Source of the DNA: a virus
Lineage: Duplodnaviria > Caudoviricetes
Direction: 5' to 3' (one strand)
DNA: 35,588 bases
Virus record (IMG/VR): IMGVR_UViG_3300038679_000136
Span: 1 to 35,588 of that record
Shown here: piece after piece, positions 1-8,910 of the stretch
Layout: every line of letters begins with the position of its first letter
How positions within the stretch are numbered: the stretch's first letter is position 1
Notes under the pieces: generated by a model
Databases searched by the model: none
Told to the model about the DNA's origin: nothing
Seen by the model: the letters and a program-made list of their open reading frames with translations, nothing else
Program-made: the position numbers and the translations under genes

Positions 1-107
1 GGCTACGACGGGTTTTCCAGGCCAATGGATCGCTTCGGCAAGGCGCATGGCTGTTTCTGCCTCTCTTCCGCGCACACCCCTGTCACTGACCGATTACGGA
101 CCAGGGC

Positions 108-1361
108 TCAATGCCGGAACGACCGCTGGCCCGTGAAGACCATCGCGGCGCCGGCTTCGTTGCAGGCCTCGATGACCTCGAAGTCACGCATCGACCCGCC
201 GGGCTGCACGACGGCCGAGACACCTTCGCGCAAGCCGATATCGATGCCGTCGCGGAACGGGAAGAAGGCGTCGGAGACCATGCAGCAGCCGATCAGGCCA
301 CCTTTCCTCGCGGCGACTTCCGCGTCGATCTCGCGCTTCTTGACCGCGTCTTCAAACTCGTTGTAGGACTTTGCGTGGCGTTCCCAGCACAGCCAGTCGG
401 CCAGTTTACGGTAGGCCTTGTCGCGGGCGATCTCGGCCACGCCCACGCGGTCCTGCTCGCCCGTGCCGATGCCAACCGTCGCGCCGTCCTTCACATACAG
501 CACCGAGTTGCTCGTGACCCCCGCCTCGACGAGCCAACCGAAAAGCAAGTCGTCCAGCTCGCGCGCCGTCGGCGCACGGTTCACGCGGTAGGTCTTGCCC
601 TTGTGCTCGACCTCGGCCGGAAGGAACTGGTCGGTGCGTCGTGCCTCCGGGACGAACGACCACTGCGCGATCAAGCCGCCATCGATCAGGGACTTGAAGT
701 CGACGAACCGCGTTCCGGCATAGGAGGCAAGCTTGGCCATGTTGCCGATGCGCATGACGCGCAGGTTCTTCTTCGCGGCGAAGACCTCCATCACGCCTGG
801 TGCGAATTCGGGTGCAAGAACGACTTCGGCATACTGCTCCGCCACGAGCTTCGCGGTCTCGAGGTCGCATTCGCGGTTGAGCGCGATCGCGCCGCCGAAC
901 GCCGCCAAGCGGTCGGCGCGGTTGGCGCGGTCGTACGCCTCCGCCAGCGTTCCCGCCTTGGCGACGCCGCAAGGGTTGTTGTGCTTGACGATGACGGCGC
1001 AGGGAGTCTCGGTCAGGTACCGCAGAATGTTCAGGGCGTTGTCGGCGTCCGTGATGTTCGTCTTGCCGGGATGCTTGCCGGACTGCAGCAGTTCCACGTC
1101 CGACGCCAAGTGGCGGCCGGGCTGGATGCTGGTCACGTCACCCAGCGTCAGGTTGCCGTTGACGAGACGGTACATCGCCGCTTCCTGCCCAGGGTTCTCG
1201 CCGTACCGCAAGCCCTTCTCGACGCCGTCGATCCGCCACGAGGCCTTCTCGAAGAACAAGGTCTGGCGCCCTTCCCCGCCGACGAAGCTGATCTCCAGCT
1301 TGGGCGGAAAGTGGTCGTCCATGATCGTCTTGTAGGCGGATTTCAGGTCTTGCGGCTTCAT
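108..1361 (-). CDS. purH: PurH-like AICAR transformylase / IMP cyclohydrolase family protein (short form), host gene
   Basis: Motifs LRYGENPGQ, KHNNPCG, AFGG, SDAFFPFRDG, QPGGSMRD and FTGQRSFRH. Likely start is ATG 1361 (MKPQDL). No N-terminal ALISVSDK-type IMPCH domain seen. Confidence 0.85.
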   Translation of the reverse strand: MKPQDLKSAYKTIMDDHFPPKLEISFVGGEGRQTLFFEKASWRIDGVEKGLRYGENPGQEAAMYRLVNGNLTLGDVTSIQPGRHLASDVELLQSGKHPGKTNITDADNALNILRYLTETPCAVIVKHNNPCGVAKAGTLAEAYDRANRADRLAAFGGAIALNRECDLETAKLVAEQYAEVVLAPEFAPGVMEVFAAKKNLRVMRIGNMAKLASYAGTRFVDFKSLIDGGLIAQWSFVPEARRTDQFLPAEVEHKGKTYRVNRAPTARELDDLLFGWLVEAGVTSNSVLYVKDGATVGIGTGEQDRVGVAEIARDKAYRKLADWLCWERHAKSYNEFEDAVKKREIDAEVAARKGGLIGCCMVSDAFFPFRDGIDIGLREGVSAVVQPGGSMRDFEVIEACNEAGAAMVFTGQRSFRH

Positions 1362-1608
1362 GGTTTGGTTCCTAGGACACGATGGAGGCTCGAACGAAGG
1401 CGGATCGCGGTCGCGAAGGGACACCCGGCAGCGATGGCGAAAAGGGTATCAGCGCACCGCCCTCCCTGTCCATTCCAGAAGCCGCACCCGCGCCACCAGT
1501 CTTCGGTGTCATCCTGCCGGGAAGACCCGGCAGATGTGGCGGTCGAGTAGGTTGGCGGAAACCTCCCGGGCGATACACCAGGGGAGGAAGCCTCTTGACC
1601 ACGGGGCA

Positions 1609-1968
1609 TTAGCTGTCGCGGCGAAGCCTGGGCCATGCGCCGCGGACACAACCCTCGTGGAAGACGATCGCGTTGCTGTTCAACGCCGACGTCAGCGCAT
1701 CCCCCGTGAGGCTGGGCAGTTCCCCGTTGCGAGTCAAGACGCACGTTCCCACATGGTCTTCGGGCAACCGCGCGGCGATGTCTTCGGCCTCGCGCAGCAT
1801 CGTGCGCCATGTCCGTCCCAACGCCTCGATGTCCGGCATGCGCCCGTCGAAGGCCAGCGTCGCCAAGTCCGTCTTGGAGTAATGGGCAGAGCGGCTGGCC
1901 TGCTCGAGGATGAAGGCAGGGCTGAGACCTGGATCCTTGCCTGACGTGGCCCACGCAAGGTATCCGAA
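1609..1968 (-). pseudogene. 3' half of host AbiEii-like nucleotidyltransferase split by the prophage
   Basis: Reads FGYLAWATSGKDPGLSPAFILEQASR...WPRLRRDS with no convincing start. It continues in frame the 5' half ending at 34709, giving a restored protein of 272 aa. Confidence 0.85.
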
Positions 1969-1972
1969 GGGC
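1969..1972 (+). repeat. Left target-site duplication GGGC
   Basis: GGGC also occurs at 34709-34712. Removing the element plus one copy restores codons TTG CAG CCC TTC GGA on the minus strand. Confidence 0.8.
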
Positions 1973-2117
1973 AGCAGGGAGACGGACGGTGTGACACACG
2001 CCGACAGACGGAGGCAAAGCGCGGCAGATCAACGGGTTACGGAGGGATAAAGGGTGGCCTCGAGGTTTGACACAGATCAGGCTGCAAAGCGCCAAAGTGC
2101 CGTAGGTTTGACACAGA
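1973..2117 (+). repeat. Left end with putative transposase-binding sites
   Basis: GACGGTGTGACACA at 1985-1998, plus an exact AGGTTTGACACAGA repeat at 2063-2076 and 2104-2117. These match the inverted right-end GACGGATTGACACAGA. Confidence 0.75.
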
Positions 2118-2151
2118 AAAGCCCCCCGCACGTCGAGCGTGCAGGGGGCTT
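2117..2151 (-). terminator. Intrinsic terminator of the leftward early operon
   Basis: 14-bp stem (2119-2132 / 2138-2151) whose single mismatch is a G-U pair only on the minus strand. It is followed by a short U run and lies 25 nt after the stop at 2176. Confidence 0.75.
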
Positions 2152-2175
2152 GCAGTTGGGATGCAGGACCAGGTC

Positions 2176-2715
2176 TCAGGCCACGTGCCGATGCGCACGG
2201 GAGTCTGCCAGCTCCGCGGCTCGGGTTCCGCGGATACGCCAGGGCGATCCGGCCGACGGAAGGTCGCATGGCCGCAAGCCAGCAGCCTTGCGCAATCGCC
2301 GTGCGTACGAGTCCGCGATTTGTACGATGATGTGCAGGTGCTCGACCGGGATGTCGTCAATGGTCGTATAGGCCGGGTGCCCGGCTTGGTGGTAGATGCC
2401 AGCCATGTAGGCATCCGTATGTCCTCGCGCTCGGAGGTAGTCCAGGTCAGCCGAGATCGCGCGGAGGACATGCCGGTGGCGACGCTCGACCGCGACGGCC
2501 CAGTACTGCACGGCAGAGAAGTCTTCGGCGAGCTTCGCGAAATGTAGCATGAGCGCGTCGTAGTCCTCGGTGCAGAGAACGTCGGATACGCTGTGACAGC
2601 CTACTATGGCCTGACCCATTTCAAACTTGCGCCACACTTCGCGGTCCCCGATCCCAGACCGCGAATAGGCTTTGCCGACGAGGCGGAAGAAGGCGACTCT
2701 TTGCATGGTGGTCAT
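2176..2715 (-). CDS. Hypothetical phage protein (possibly GemA/gp16-like by position)
   Basis: 179 aa with GAGGAGG RBS, directly after MuB. Family assignment is weak. Confidence 0.6.
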   Translation of the reverse strand: MTTMQRVAFFRLVGKAYSRSGIGDREVWRKFEMGQAIVGCHSVSDVLCTEDYDALMLHFAKLAEDFSAVQYWAVAVERRHRHVLRAISADLDYLRARGHTDAYMAGIYHQAGHPAYTTIDDIPVEHLHIIVQIADSYARRLRKAAGLRPCDLPSAGSPWRIRGTRAAELADSRAHRHVA

Positions 2716-2718
2716 GGG

Positions 2719-3666
2719 CTAATCCTCCTCGGTGGCGGCGCCGATCAGGGTGCGGGCTTCCACGAACGCAGCCGCTTGGCTCTTGCGCCACGCGGCTGAC
2801 TCGCTGAGCCGGATCGCGATGCGCAACTGCTTGACCAGGCGACGGAGGTGCCCAGGCTGACGAGCGGTCTCCTGAGCGAGAAGACGCACTTCGGCGGGGG
2901 CGGACGGCCACATCGCGGAGAGTATCTCCGCAGATGCCGCGTCGAGCCACGCCATGTCGCGGCGGGCACCAATGTCCGCGCGCAGTCCGATGCGGCTGTG
3001 GAGTTGGTCCGAACCAGACACCTTGTCCGGGACGTCGGGGTTTCCCACCAAAGCGACCGGAACGCCTGATTGGTCCGCGAGGTCGAACAACCAGCGCAGT
3101 CCGCTGAGCGTTGCACGCTGGGCGTTGTCCACGATGATGAGTCGCTCGCTGCCGGAAAGGCGCGAGACGACGGCTTCGGAGCGGGTATCTCCACCCTTCC
3201 GCCGGCTCCATGCCCGCATGTCGAGCTGGCCGAAGATGAGCCTGATGATGGACCACGAATCGCCGCATCCCTCGCTGAGGGTGATCAGGATCGACGTATC
3301 CGAGTTGGCTGCGTAGCGTCGGCATGCGGTGGTCTTGCCGATGCCGGCCGGGCCTGTTACAAGGCCGATGTCGCAGGCGCCGCGAATCAGCTCCAACACC
3401 GTCATGGTCTCGGCGCAGCCCTGCGTCTCGATGTAGGTCTCCGCCCATGTCTGGCGGCGGGCGTCCGCCTGGATCATGTCGCGGAGCTTTGCCTCCAGGC
3501 CGGCGATGTCGCCGGTCATCGTGTTGGCGAGGTACCGGGAGATCGTGGCCTCGTTGACGCCGGCGCGTTTCGCGACGGCCGCCATGGACATGTTGCGCTC
3601 GGTCCGCCAGGCGGCGAGCTGGTCCCGCATGGACGCGGGGGCTGTGTCACCATTCTTCGGTTGCAT
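2719..3666 (-). CDS. MuB-like AAA+ transposition protein
   Basis: N-terminal HTH, Walker A GPAGIGKT, Walker B LIIVDNAQ, sensor-I LVGN and Arg finger LHSRIG. Lies immediately downstream of the transposase. Confidence 0.9.
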   Translation of the reverse strand: MQPKNGDTAPASMRDQLAAWRTERNMSMAAVAKRAGVNEATISRYLANTMTGDIAGLEAKLRDMIQADARRQTWAETYIETQGCAETMTVLELIRGACDIGLVTGPAGIGKTTACRRYAANSDTSILITLSEGCGDSWSIIRLIFGQLDMRAWSRRKGGDTRSEAVVSRLSGSERLIIVDNAQRATLSGLRWLFDLADQSGVPVALVGNPDVPDKVSGSDQLHSRIGLRADIGARRDMAWLDAASAEILSAMWPSAPAEVRLLAQETARQPGHLRRLVKQLRIAIRLSESAAWRKSQAAAFVEARTLIGAATEED

Positions 3667-5698
3667 GTGCTGTCTCCTGTCTCAGAGCCTGGCGGGATGA
3701 AGTCGCCGCCGCCAGATCGGCGATGAGATTGCGGGTGGGTTTGAGCGCAGGGGCCCGCACTCGCTTGCGCGGGGCATCTGGCGCGGAGTCGATCAGGATT
3801 TCGTTGTGGCGCATCGCGGCGAGTCGGTCGTCCGCGTCGCCGCGGTGGCGGGCGATTATAGGGGCGTCCATGGCAGCGACCATGCGGCCTTGCGCGGCCT
3901 GCATCGTGGACACTTGTAGCGTATCCAGCGGGTTGACGGACGCCCACTGCGGCGCGGCTCCAAGCACCGCGCCGTTCGAAAGTTCCACGACGATGGCCTG
4001 CTTGGTCGAGTAGGGAGTGACGAACAGGCCGTATTCTCGCCCGGCGCACAGTGCCATGCTCGATCCATCCGGGCAGACTACGGCGCCGGCGAAACGGTGG
4101 GTGCCCGGCCCGAGGAAGCGGTCGTCGAATGAGATCAGGTGGTTGTCCTGCACGCGGACGCGTTTGACCCGGTCCATGCCCAGGATGTCCACTATGCCCC
4201 ACGCCGGCATGCGAACCAGGTTCTGCTGTCCGGATTCCCACGCCTCGATCGGGGACCATCGGCGCATGCGGGTCAGGCCGGGCGTGCGCATGCAGGTGAT
4301 CGCCAGATCCTGCGACGCGGGCTTCAGCATGGCGATCTCGCGCGCCGGCCGCCAGTCCCCGCGGCCGTCGACGGACCACTCGGCCTCGAGCCATTCGTTG
4401 GCCTCCCATCCTTCAATGTTGTGGTCCGTGCGCGATCCGATCGCGTGGACGATCTCGGCGTACACCCTGCCGTAGCCGCTCCAGGACAAGCCGCCGAGCC
4501 AAAGCCGTTCGCGCAAGTTGGCGGGCATCCGCTCCCATGCCTTGAGCATCGCCGACGCGTAGCGCTCCAGTCCGTCGAGCTGCTCCGGGCGGTCGCCGCC
4601 GCGCGAGATCCCGCCCGTCTGGGCCGGGAGCATGCCGCTCTCGTAGTGGTGGATGCGGTGCGAGCCCTCCATCAGCGCCTTGGTCTTGAAGTTGCCCTTG
4701 CCCGCCCCGTTGAACAGGCCCTTGTGGACGGCGGCGCCGAGGATGTCCGAATCGCGGTACGTGATCGCCCCGCCGGTGAGGCGGTCGATGATCTTGCGGA
4801 GCGGATCGCGGATCGCGGCCGTGCCGTGCTCGACGCACCAGACGCAGCCGTCGCGGTGCCACCCGATGTCCGTGAGCACGTGGCACGCGAGCCAAAGCAT
4901 CTCGACTTCCTTCAGGCTGTCGCGCGTGCCGTCCGCGCGAGGCACCTGGGGACGCAAGCCGTAGGCGATCTTGTGGGTGGACGCGACGTCGTTGCACGCG
5001 AACTCCTGGGCGCGCACCAGCACCTTGGCCAGGTCCGGGGCGACAACCTCGTCGTCGTGCGTCATGTCGTCGAACTGGTAGATCTGCCCAGGGCGCAGCC
5101 CCGCCCGCGTCGTGTACACTCCGGGGACGTGCGCGCGCGCGGCCTTCGTCCCGATCCGCACGGCCTTCTCCTCGTACTTCGTCAACGCCGCGTAGCGCTG
5201 GAAGTTCCTGTAGCTCATGCCGGGCGGCACCCACATGGACGGGCATTGCGCAGGCGGCCGCTCGCCCTTGTAGCAGGCGCGCCAGATGTCGCGCCAGTCG
5301 CCGACGCCCTCGAAGCGGACGCCGCGCCGGATGTCCAAAACGAGCTGCTTCCACGCGGGCTTGTTGGCGCGCTGGTGCCGGCCGCAGTACGTCTTGTAAA
5401 TGCTGTCCATCGTGGCGCGCGGGCAGGCCGGCTTGTCCGGCGCGCGGGCCTTGTCGGCGAGGGACATCAGCGTCCGCCCCCCGCGCACCCACTTGTAGTA
5501 CTGGGTGCGCAGGGTGTGCTTGCTGTGCCCGCGCATGTGCCCGTACCGGGCGCACACGTCCCGGCAGGCGTCCGAGACGTTGCGCTGCCCGTCGATCCAC
5601 TGCATGATGTCGTAGCGGTCCATGGTGTCCGCGCGCACGGCGGCGGGGAGCTTGGCGAACGCGGAGTCGGCTGTCGGGTGGGTGCGGTCCGGGAGCAT
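3647..5698 (-). CDS. MuA-like transposase (683 aa)
   Basis: Start ATG 5698 after AGGAAAGG. Motifs LRPGQIYQFDD, VEHGTAA and GKGNFKTKALME. Size and coupling to MuB match Mu A-B. Confidence 0.85.
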   Translation of the reverse strand: MLPDRTHPTADSAFAKLPAAVRADTMDRYDIMQWIDGQRNVSDACRDVCARYGHMRGHSKHTLRTQYYKWVRGGRTLMSLADKARAPDKPACPRATMDSIYKTYCGRHQRANKPAWKQLVLDIRRGVRFEGVGDWRDIWRACYKGERPPAQCPSMWVPPGMSYRNFQRYAALTKYEEKAVRIGTKAARAHVPGVYTTRAGLRPGQIYQFDDMTHDDEVVAPDLAKVLVRAQEFACNDVASTHKIAYGLRPQVPRADGTRDSLKEVEMLWLACHVLTDIGWHRDGCVWCVEHGTAAIRDPLRKIIDRLTGGAITYRDSDILGAAVHKGLFNGAGKGNFKTKALMEGSHRIHHYESGMLPAQTGGISRGGDRPEQLDGLERYASAMLKAWERMPANLRERLWLGGLSWSGYGRVYAEIVHAIGSRTDHNIEGWEANEWLEAEWSVDGRGDWRPAREIAMLKPASQDLAITCMRTPGLTRMRRWSPIEAWESGQQNLVRMPAWGIVDILGMDRVKRVRVQDNHLISFDDRFLGPGTHRFAGAVVCPDGSSMALCAGREYGLFVTPYSTKQAIVVELSNGAVLGAAPQWASVNPLDTLQVSTMQAAQGRMVAAMDAPIIARHRGDADDRLAAMRHNEILIDSAPDAPRKRVRAPALKPTRNLIADLAAATSSRQALRQETAHATEEW

Positions 5699-5724
5699 GG
5701 CGGGTCCTTTCCTCGCGGCGGGCG

Positions 5725-6507
5725 CTACGCGTTGTTGTTCCTGGAGGCCTTGCCCGCGGCCTTGCCGGCGTTCTTGATGAACGTCAGCATCTGGTCGGCG
5801 ACGGCGCGCAGGTTGCTCGCCACCGTCTCCAGCGTCTCGGTGTCGAGCAGGCGCCAGTCGGGCCGCGCGATCCCGTGGTCGGCCACCTGCCCGGCCAGGT
5901 TCTGCCACCGTCCGGCGGCTGCGAGACGGCGCTCGGCGACGGTCGGTCCGCGCTTCCCGCCGTCGTCCTCCGCCTTCGGCTTTTTCTCCGCGTCCTTCTC
6001 CGCCAGCCATTCGGCCGCGTCCGCCGCGGGCTGCGGGAGCGCGTCCCCGTCGCCGCCCGGCCCGAGCAGCCGCCCGGAGCGCTGGCCCACCTGCGAGAGC
6101 GGCAGCCACACCTCGTGCGCCATCAGCGCCTTGGCGTCCAAAAACTGGCGGGCTCCGGCGATGTAGCGTTGCAGCGTGCGCGGGTGGCGCCCGGGGATCA
6201 TGCGCAGGGCCTCGGGCATGAACTCGCCGTGGGCGCAGAGCTCCTTGACGACGATCAGGCCCACGCCGGCCCTGAGCTCGAAGAAGCGACCCAGCTCGGC
6301 GTTGTCGATGTCCTGGCGGACCTGGACGAGGATGCCGTCCGACCGCTCGCGCGAGGCCGCCGCGAGCGCGGCCGGCGAGCCGGCCGGCATCACCTCGGGC
6401 TCGTGCGGCGCCCCGGACTCCGCCGCCTTCCGGTACGCTTCCTTGAGGGTGGGGGCCGCGGGGGACAATTTCTTGGCGAGTGCCTTCGTCTGCTTCTGCT
6501 TCTGCAT
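5725..6507 (-). CDS. DUF3102-like phage protein
   Basis: AGVGLIVVKELCAHGEF...RTLQRYI matches the G..L...K....HGeF...rtaqry pattern. Located just upstream of the transposase. Confidence 0.65.
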   Translation of the reverse strand: MQKQKQTKALAKKLSPAAPTLKEAYRKAAESGAPHEPEVMPAGSPAALAAASRERSDGILVQVRQDIDNAELGRFFELRAGVGLIVVKELCAHGEFMPEALRMIPGRHPRTLQRYIAGARQFLDAKALMAHEVWLPLSQVGQRSGRLLGPGGDGDALPQPAADAAEWLAEKDAEKKPKAEDDGGKRGPTVAERRLAAAGRWQNLAGQVADHGIARPDWRLLDTETLETVASNLRAVADQMLTFIKNAGKAAGKASRNNNA

Positions 6508-6528
6508 GGTGCGTGTTCCTTGTGCGGC

Positions 6529-7176
6529 CTACAGGCCGGCGGGTTGGTGTGCGAATTTGCGGGACGCCGCGTCGCGGCGGTAGAAGCGGAGGTAGTCCTT
6601 GGTGGACTGCACGCGGATGGAGTCGCGGATCGCGCGCATCGCCTCCAGCCAGCGGGGGTCCTGGATGGACCACCGCAAAAGGCCGAGGATGCGCCCGACG
6701 CTCAGGTGCCCCTGGGCGTCCGTGCGGAAGGCGTCGTCGGCGATCACCTTGAGCTCGTCCCTCGCGCCGTCCGTCCAGTCCGCGAGGCACGCGAAGATCA
6801 GCTTCTTGGCGGCGTGGATCTCGTCGCTGAACGCGATCGACTTCTCGACCGCGCGCTGGATGCGCAGCGAGCCGTCGTAGCTGGAGAGCGTGAGGTTGCC
6901 CTCCTGCCCTCCCATCGCGACGCCGTACTGCTCGGCCACCAGGGCGAGGTGCGCGTCGATGTCCGCGTCCGCGCATTGGCGGAAGGCCATGCAAGCCGCC
7001 TGCATGGCCTCGAACTTGGCGAACAGCTCGCGCACGAGCTTGTCGCGTTGGAGGTCCGCCGGCTTGACCAGCGCGAGCGGCACGAGCCGCCCGGCGCCGT
7101 CGCGCAAATATCCCGCGGGCGCGGCGCCTTCAAGCGCGGCGCCGGATGCAGGGGCGTAGTGGGCCTGTGTTTCCAT
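6529..7176 (-). CDS. DUF3164 family protein
   Basis: YLRDGAGRLVPLALVKPADLQRD, GNLTLSSYDG and KDYLRFYRR, typical of Mu-like early regions. Confidence 0.85.
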   Translation of the reverse strand: METQAHYAPASGAALEGAAPAGYLRDGAGRLVPLALVKPADLQRDKLVRELFAKFEAMQAACMAFRQCADADIDAHLALVAEQYGVAMGGQEGNLTLSSYDGSLRIQRAVEKSIAFSDEIHAAKKLIFACLADWTDGARDELKVIADDAFRTDAQGHLSVGRILGLLRWSIQDPRWLEAMRAIRDSIRVQSTKDYLRFYRRDAASRKFAHQPAGL

Positions 7177-7204
7177 GGGTCTCTGTCTCCGTTGTGGTGG
7201 CGGC

Positions 7205-7546
7205 TCAGCCGCCGATGTTGGTGAAAACCTTGCACGCCTCCTCCAGCGAGAGGAGGCTCTTGCGCGCCGGGTCGAAGGGCCGGTCGGCCCGGACGATGAC
7301 GCGCCAGTGGGTGCGGTCGGACTCCGCCGCCGCCCCGACGCGGCGGGCCAGCAGCGTCCCGGATTCGACCATGTTGCGGACGGTGCGCTCGCAGCACCCG
7401 AGCGCGGCGGCCGCCCGGGCGGGCGTGGCGGTCGCGGCGCCGGCCGGGACGCCGGCCAGCGCCGCCTCGACGGCGGAGCGGTCCACCGCGGCCTCCGCGC
7501 CCCAGGGCATCAGCGTCTGTCGCGCGTCGTCGAGTTCCCGCGCCAC
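7205..7546 (-). CDS. Excisionase/MerR-type HTH DNA-binding protein
   Basis: AAAALGCCERTVRNMVESGTL. GTG start after GGAGG. Confidence 0.7.
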   Translation of the reverse strand: MARELDDARQTLMPWGAEAAVDRSAVEAALAGVPAGAATATPARAAAALGCCERTVRNMVESGTLLARRVGAAAESDRTHWRVIVRADRPFDPARKSLLSLEEACKVFTNIGG

Positions 7547-7550
7547 GGCC

Positions 7551-7730
7551 CTACCTCCCCAGCGCCGCGGCCAGCAGGCAGCGCAGCCCCAGCGCCGCGA
7601 GGCGCAGCCTGCGTCCGGGTCCGCGGCGGCGCAGCCTGCGGCGCTCCGCCACGCGGCGGTCCTCCGCGGCGCAGGCCGCGGGCGACATCGGGAAGTTCGC
7701 GTAGTCCAGGTTCAAGGTTTCCGTCCGCAT
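7551..7730 (-). CDS. Small basic hypothetical protein
   Basis: GGAG RBS then ATG 7730. Fills the operon gap. Confidence 0.45.
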   Translation of the reverse strand: MRTETLNLDYANFPMSPAACAAEDRRVAERRRLRRRGPGRRLRLAALGLRCLLAAALGR

Positions 7731-7753
7731 GGGGTTGTTCTCCAAGGTGACAC

Positions 7754-7783
7754 TTCATCCTTCATACTTCAGCCTTCATCCTT
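7754..7783 (+). repeat. Heptamer tandem repeat, family A (TTCATCC/TTCAGCC)
   Basis: TTCATCC TTCATAC TTCAGCC TTCATCC, intergenic. Confidence 0.8.
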
Positions 7784-7787
7784 GCCG

Positions 7788-8381
7788 CTAGTAGCTCGCG
7801 CAGCAGGCGCCGTACTGCCGCCAAAAAACGACCGCGCACGCGGCCAGCACGATCCACGGCGAGAGGATCGCCAGCACCCCGAGCACCGTCAGGAACGTCC
7901 CGCCGGCGCGGTGCTCGCCGGGAAAGTTCGCCGTCAGCGCCCGCCCCATGCCGCGCGGTCCGTTCAGGACCCAAACCGCGCAGCCGTCTCGGCGCAAGGT
8001 ATGGCCGTCGGCATCCTTGCGCCGGATCTCGTGCTTGGCGTTCAGGGCGGTGAACCGCCCGCTGATGTTGTTCGGGTGCGTCTCCATCCGCGCGGCGCAC
8101 TCCTTGACCGTGACGCCGAAAGCCCCGGACCGGCCGATCTCCGCCAACACGCGGGCCTCCTGCAGTGCGAGTGCCCCGGAATCGACCAGCGCGTCGAACG
8201 CCGCCTCGCTCTCCGCGTTGCCTCCGTGGCGTTCGCCGCAGAAGTCTAGCGCAGCCATGGGGGCGCGGGCGTCCCGCCCGCCGTACGTCGAGGGTTCGTT
8301 CGCCAGCGTGGCCACGCCTCGCGCTCCGAAAAGCGGGAGGTCGGAGAAGCCGATCCTCGGTTCGCGGTACTTCGTTCCCAT
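7788..8381 (-). CDS. Winged-HTH protein with C-terminal membrane anchor
   Basis: GVTVKECAARMETHPNNISGRFTAL followed by hydrophobic FLTVLGVLAILSPWIVLAACAVVFW. AGGAGG RBS. Confidence 0.65.
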   Translation of the reverse strand: MGTKYREPRIGFSDLPLFGARGVATLANEPSTYGGRDARAPMAALDFCGERHGGNAESEAAFDALVDSGALALQEARVLAEIGRSGAFGVTVKECAARMETHPNNISGRFTALNAKHEIRRKDADGHTLRRDGCAVWVLNGPRGMGRALTANFPGEHRAGGTFLTVLGVLAILSPWIVLAACAVVFWRQYGACCASY

Positions 8382-8392
8382 GGCGCGTCCTC

Positions 8393-8659
8393 CTAGAGTT
8401 CCACGCACACGTCGGCCTCGGGGAGGTCGAACGTCCCGGCGACGGCGACCGTCGCCGAATCCTCCGGGGAGAGGTAGCCCACCGCGCGGTCCGGCCCGGC
8501 GCCCGCGACGACCCACGGCGTGGAGGGCGCGCTGCCCGGCGCTCTTCCGTGGAGGACGCCGCGGACGACCGCCAGCGGCATGCCGTCGCGCTTGTAGTGG
8601 ATGGCCGCGCGCGTCCGCTCCGGCAGCGCGTCGAGCCTGGCGATCTGTCCCTGCGTCAT
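8393..8659 (-). CDS. Hypothetical protein (88 aa)
   Basis: ATGA overlap with the upstream gene and GGGAGG RBS. Confidence 0.6.
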   Translation of the reverse strand: MTQGQIARLDALPERTRAAIHYKRDGMPLAVVRGVLHGRAPGSAPSTPWVVAGAGPDRAVGYLSPEDSATVAVAGTFDLPEADVCVEL

Positions 8660-8910
8660 GCCCTCCCCCCTTCCTGCCGGTGTGTGGCGGAGGCGACGCG
8701 GCCTAGTTGCTCGTCCTCGAATATTCTCCCGACCACCTCGAATGTGAGCGGGTGCATGGACGTGTAAATCATGTCGTGGCGGTCCGTCGGGTAGGTGCAG
8801 AATGCCAGGCCGTAGAGGTTCATCCCCGTCACAACCACAGTGCGGCCGTACCACGGGTCCTGCTCGTCGACCACTGAGACGATGTCTTTCTTCTTGAAGC
8901 TCGTCGTCAT
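8656..8910 (-). CDS. Hypothetical protein (84 aa, SH3/KOW-like start)
   Basis: MTTSFKKKDIVSVV...GRTVVV. GGAGG RBS and ATGA overlaps on both sides. Confidence 0.6.
   Translation of the reverse strand: MTTSFKKKDIVSVVDEQDPWYGRTVVVTGMNLYGLAFCTYPTDRHDMIYTSMHPLTFEVVGRIFEDEQLGRVASATHRQEGGRA

Noticed and set aside
1362-1608. ZMP/ZTP (pfl) riboswitch upstream of purH; hairpin CTGCCGGG-AAGA-CCCGGCAG at 1514-1533
   Set aside because: The hairpin is real, but I could not find the conserved pfl elements such as the 3' CGCCUGGG. An Infernal search would settle it.
3647-6994. 1115-aa giant transposase ORF
   Set aside because: The N-terminal ~430 aa is Arg/Gly/Pro-rich off-frame read-through over the DUF3164 and DUF3102 genes. 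A clear RBS and ATG lie at 5698.
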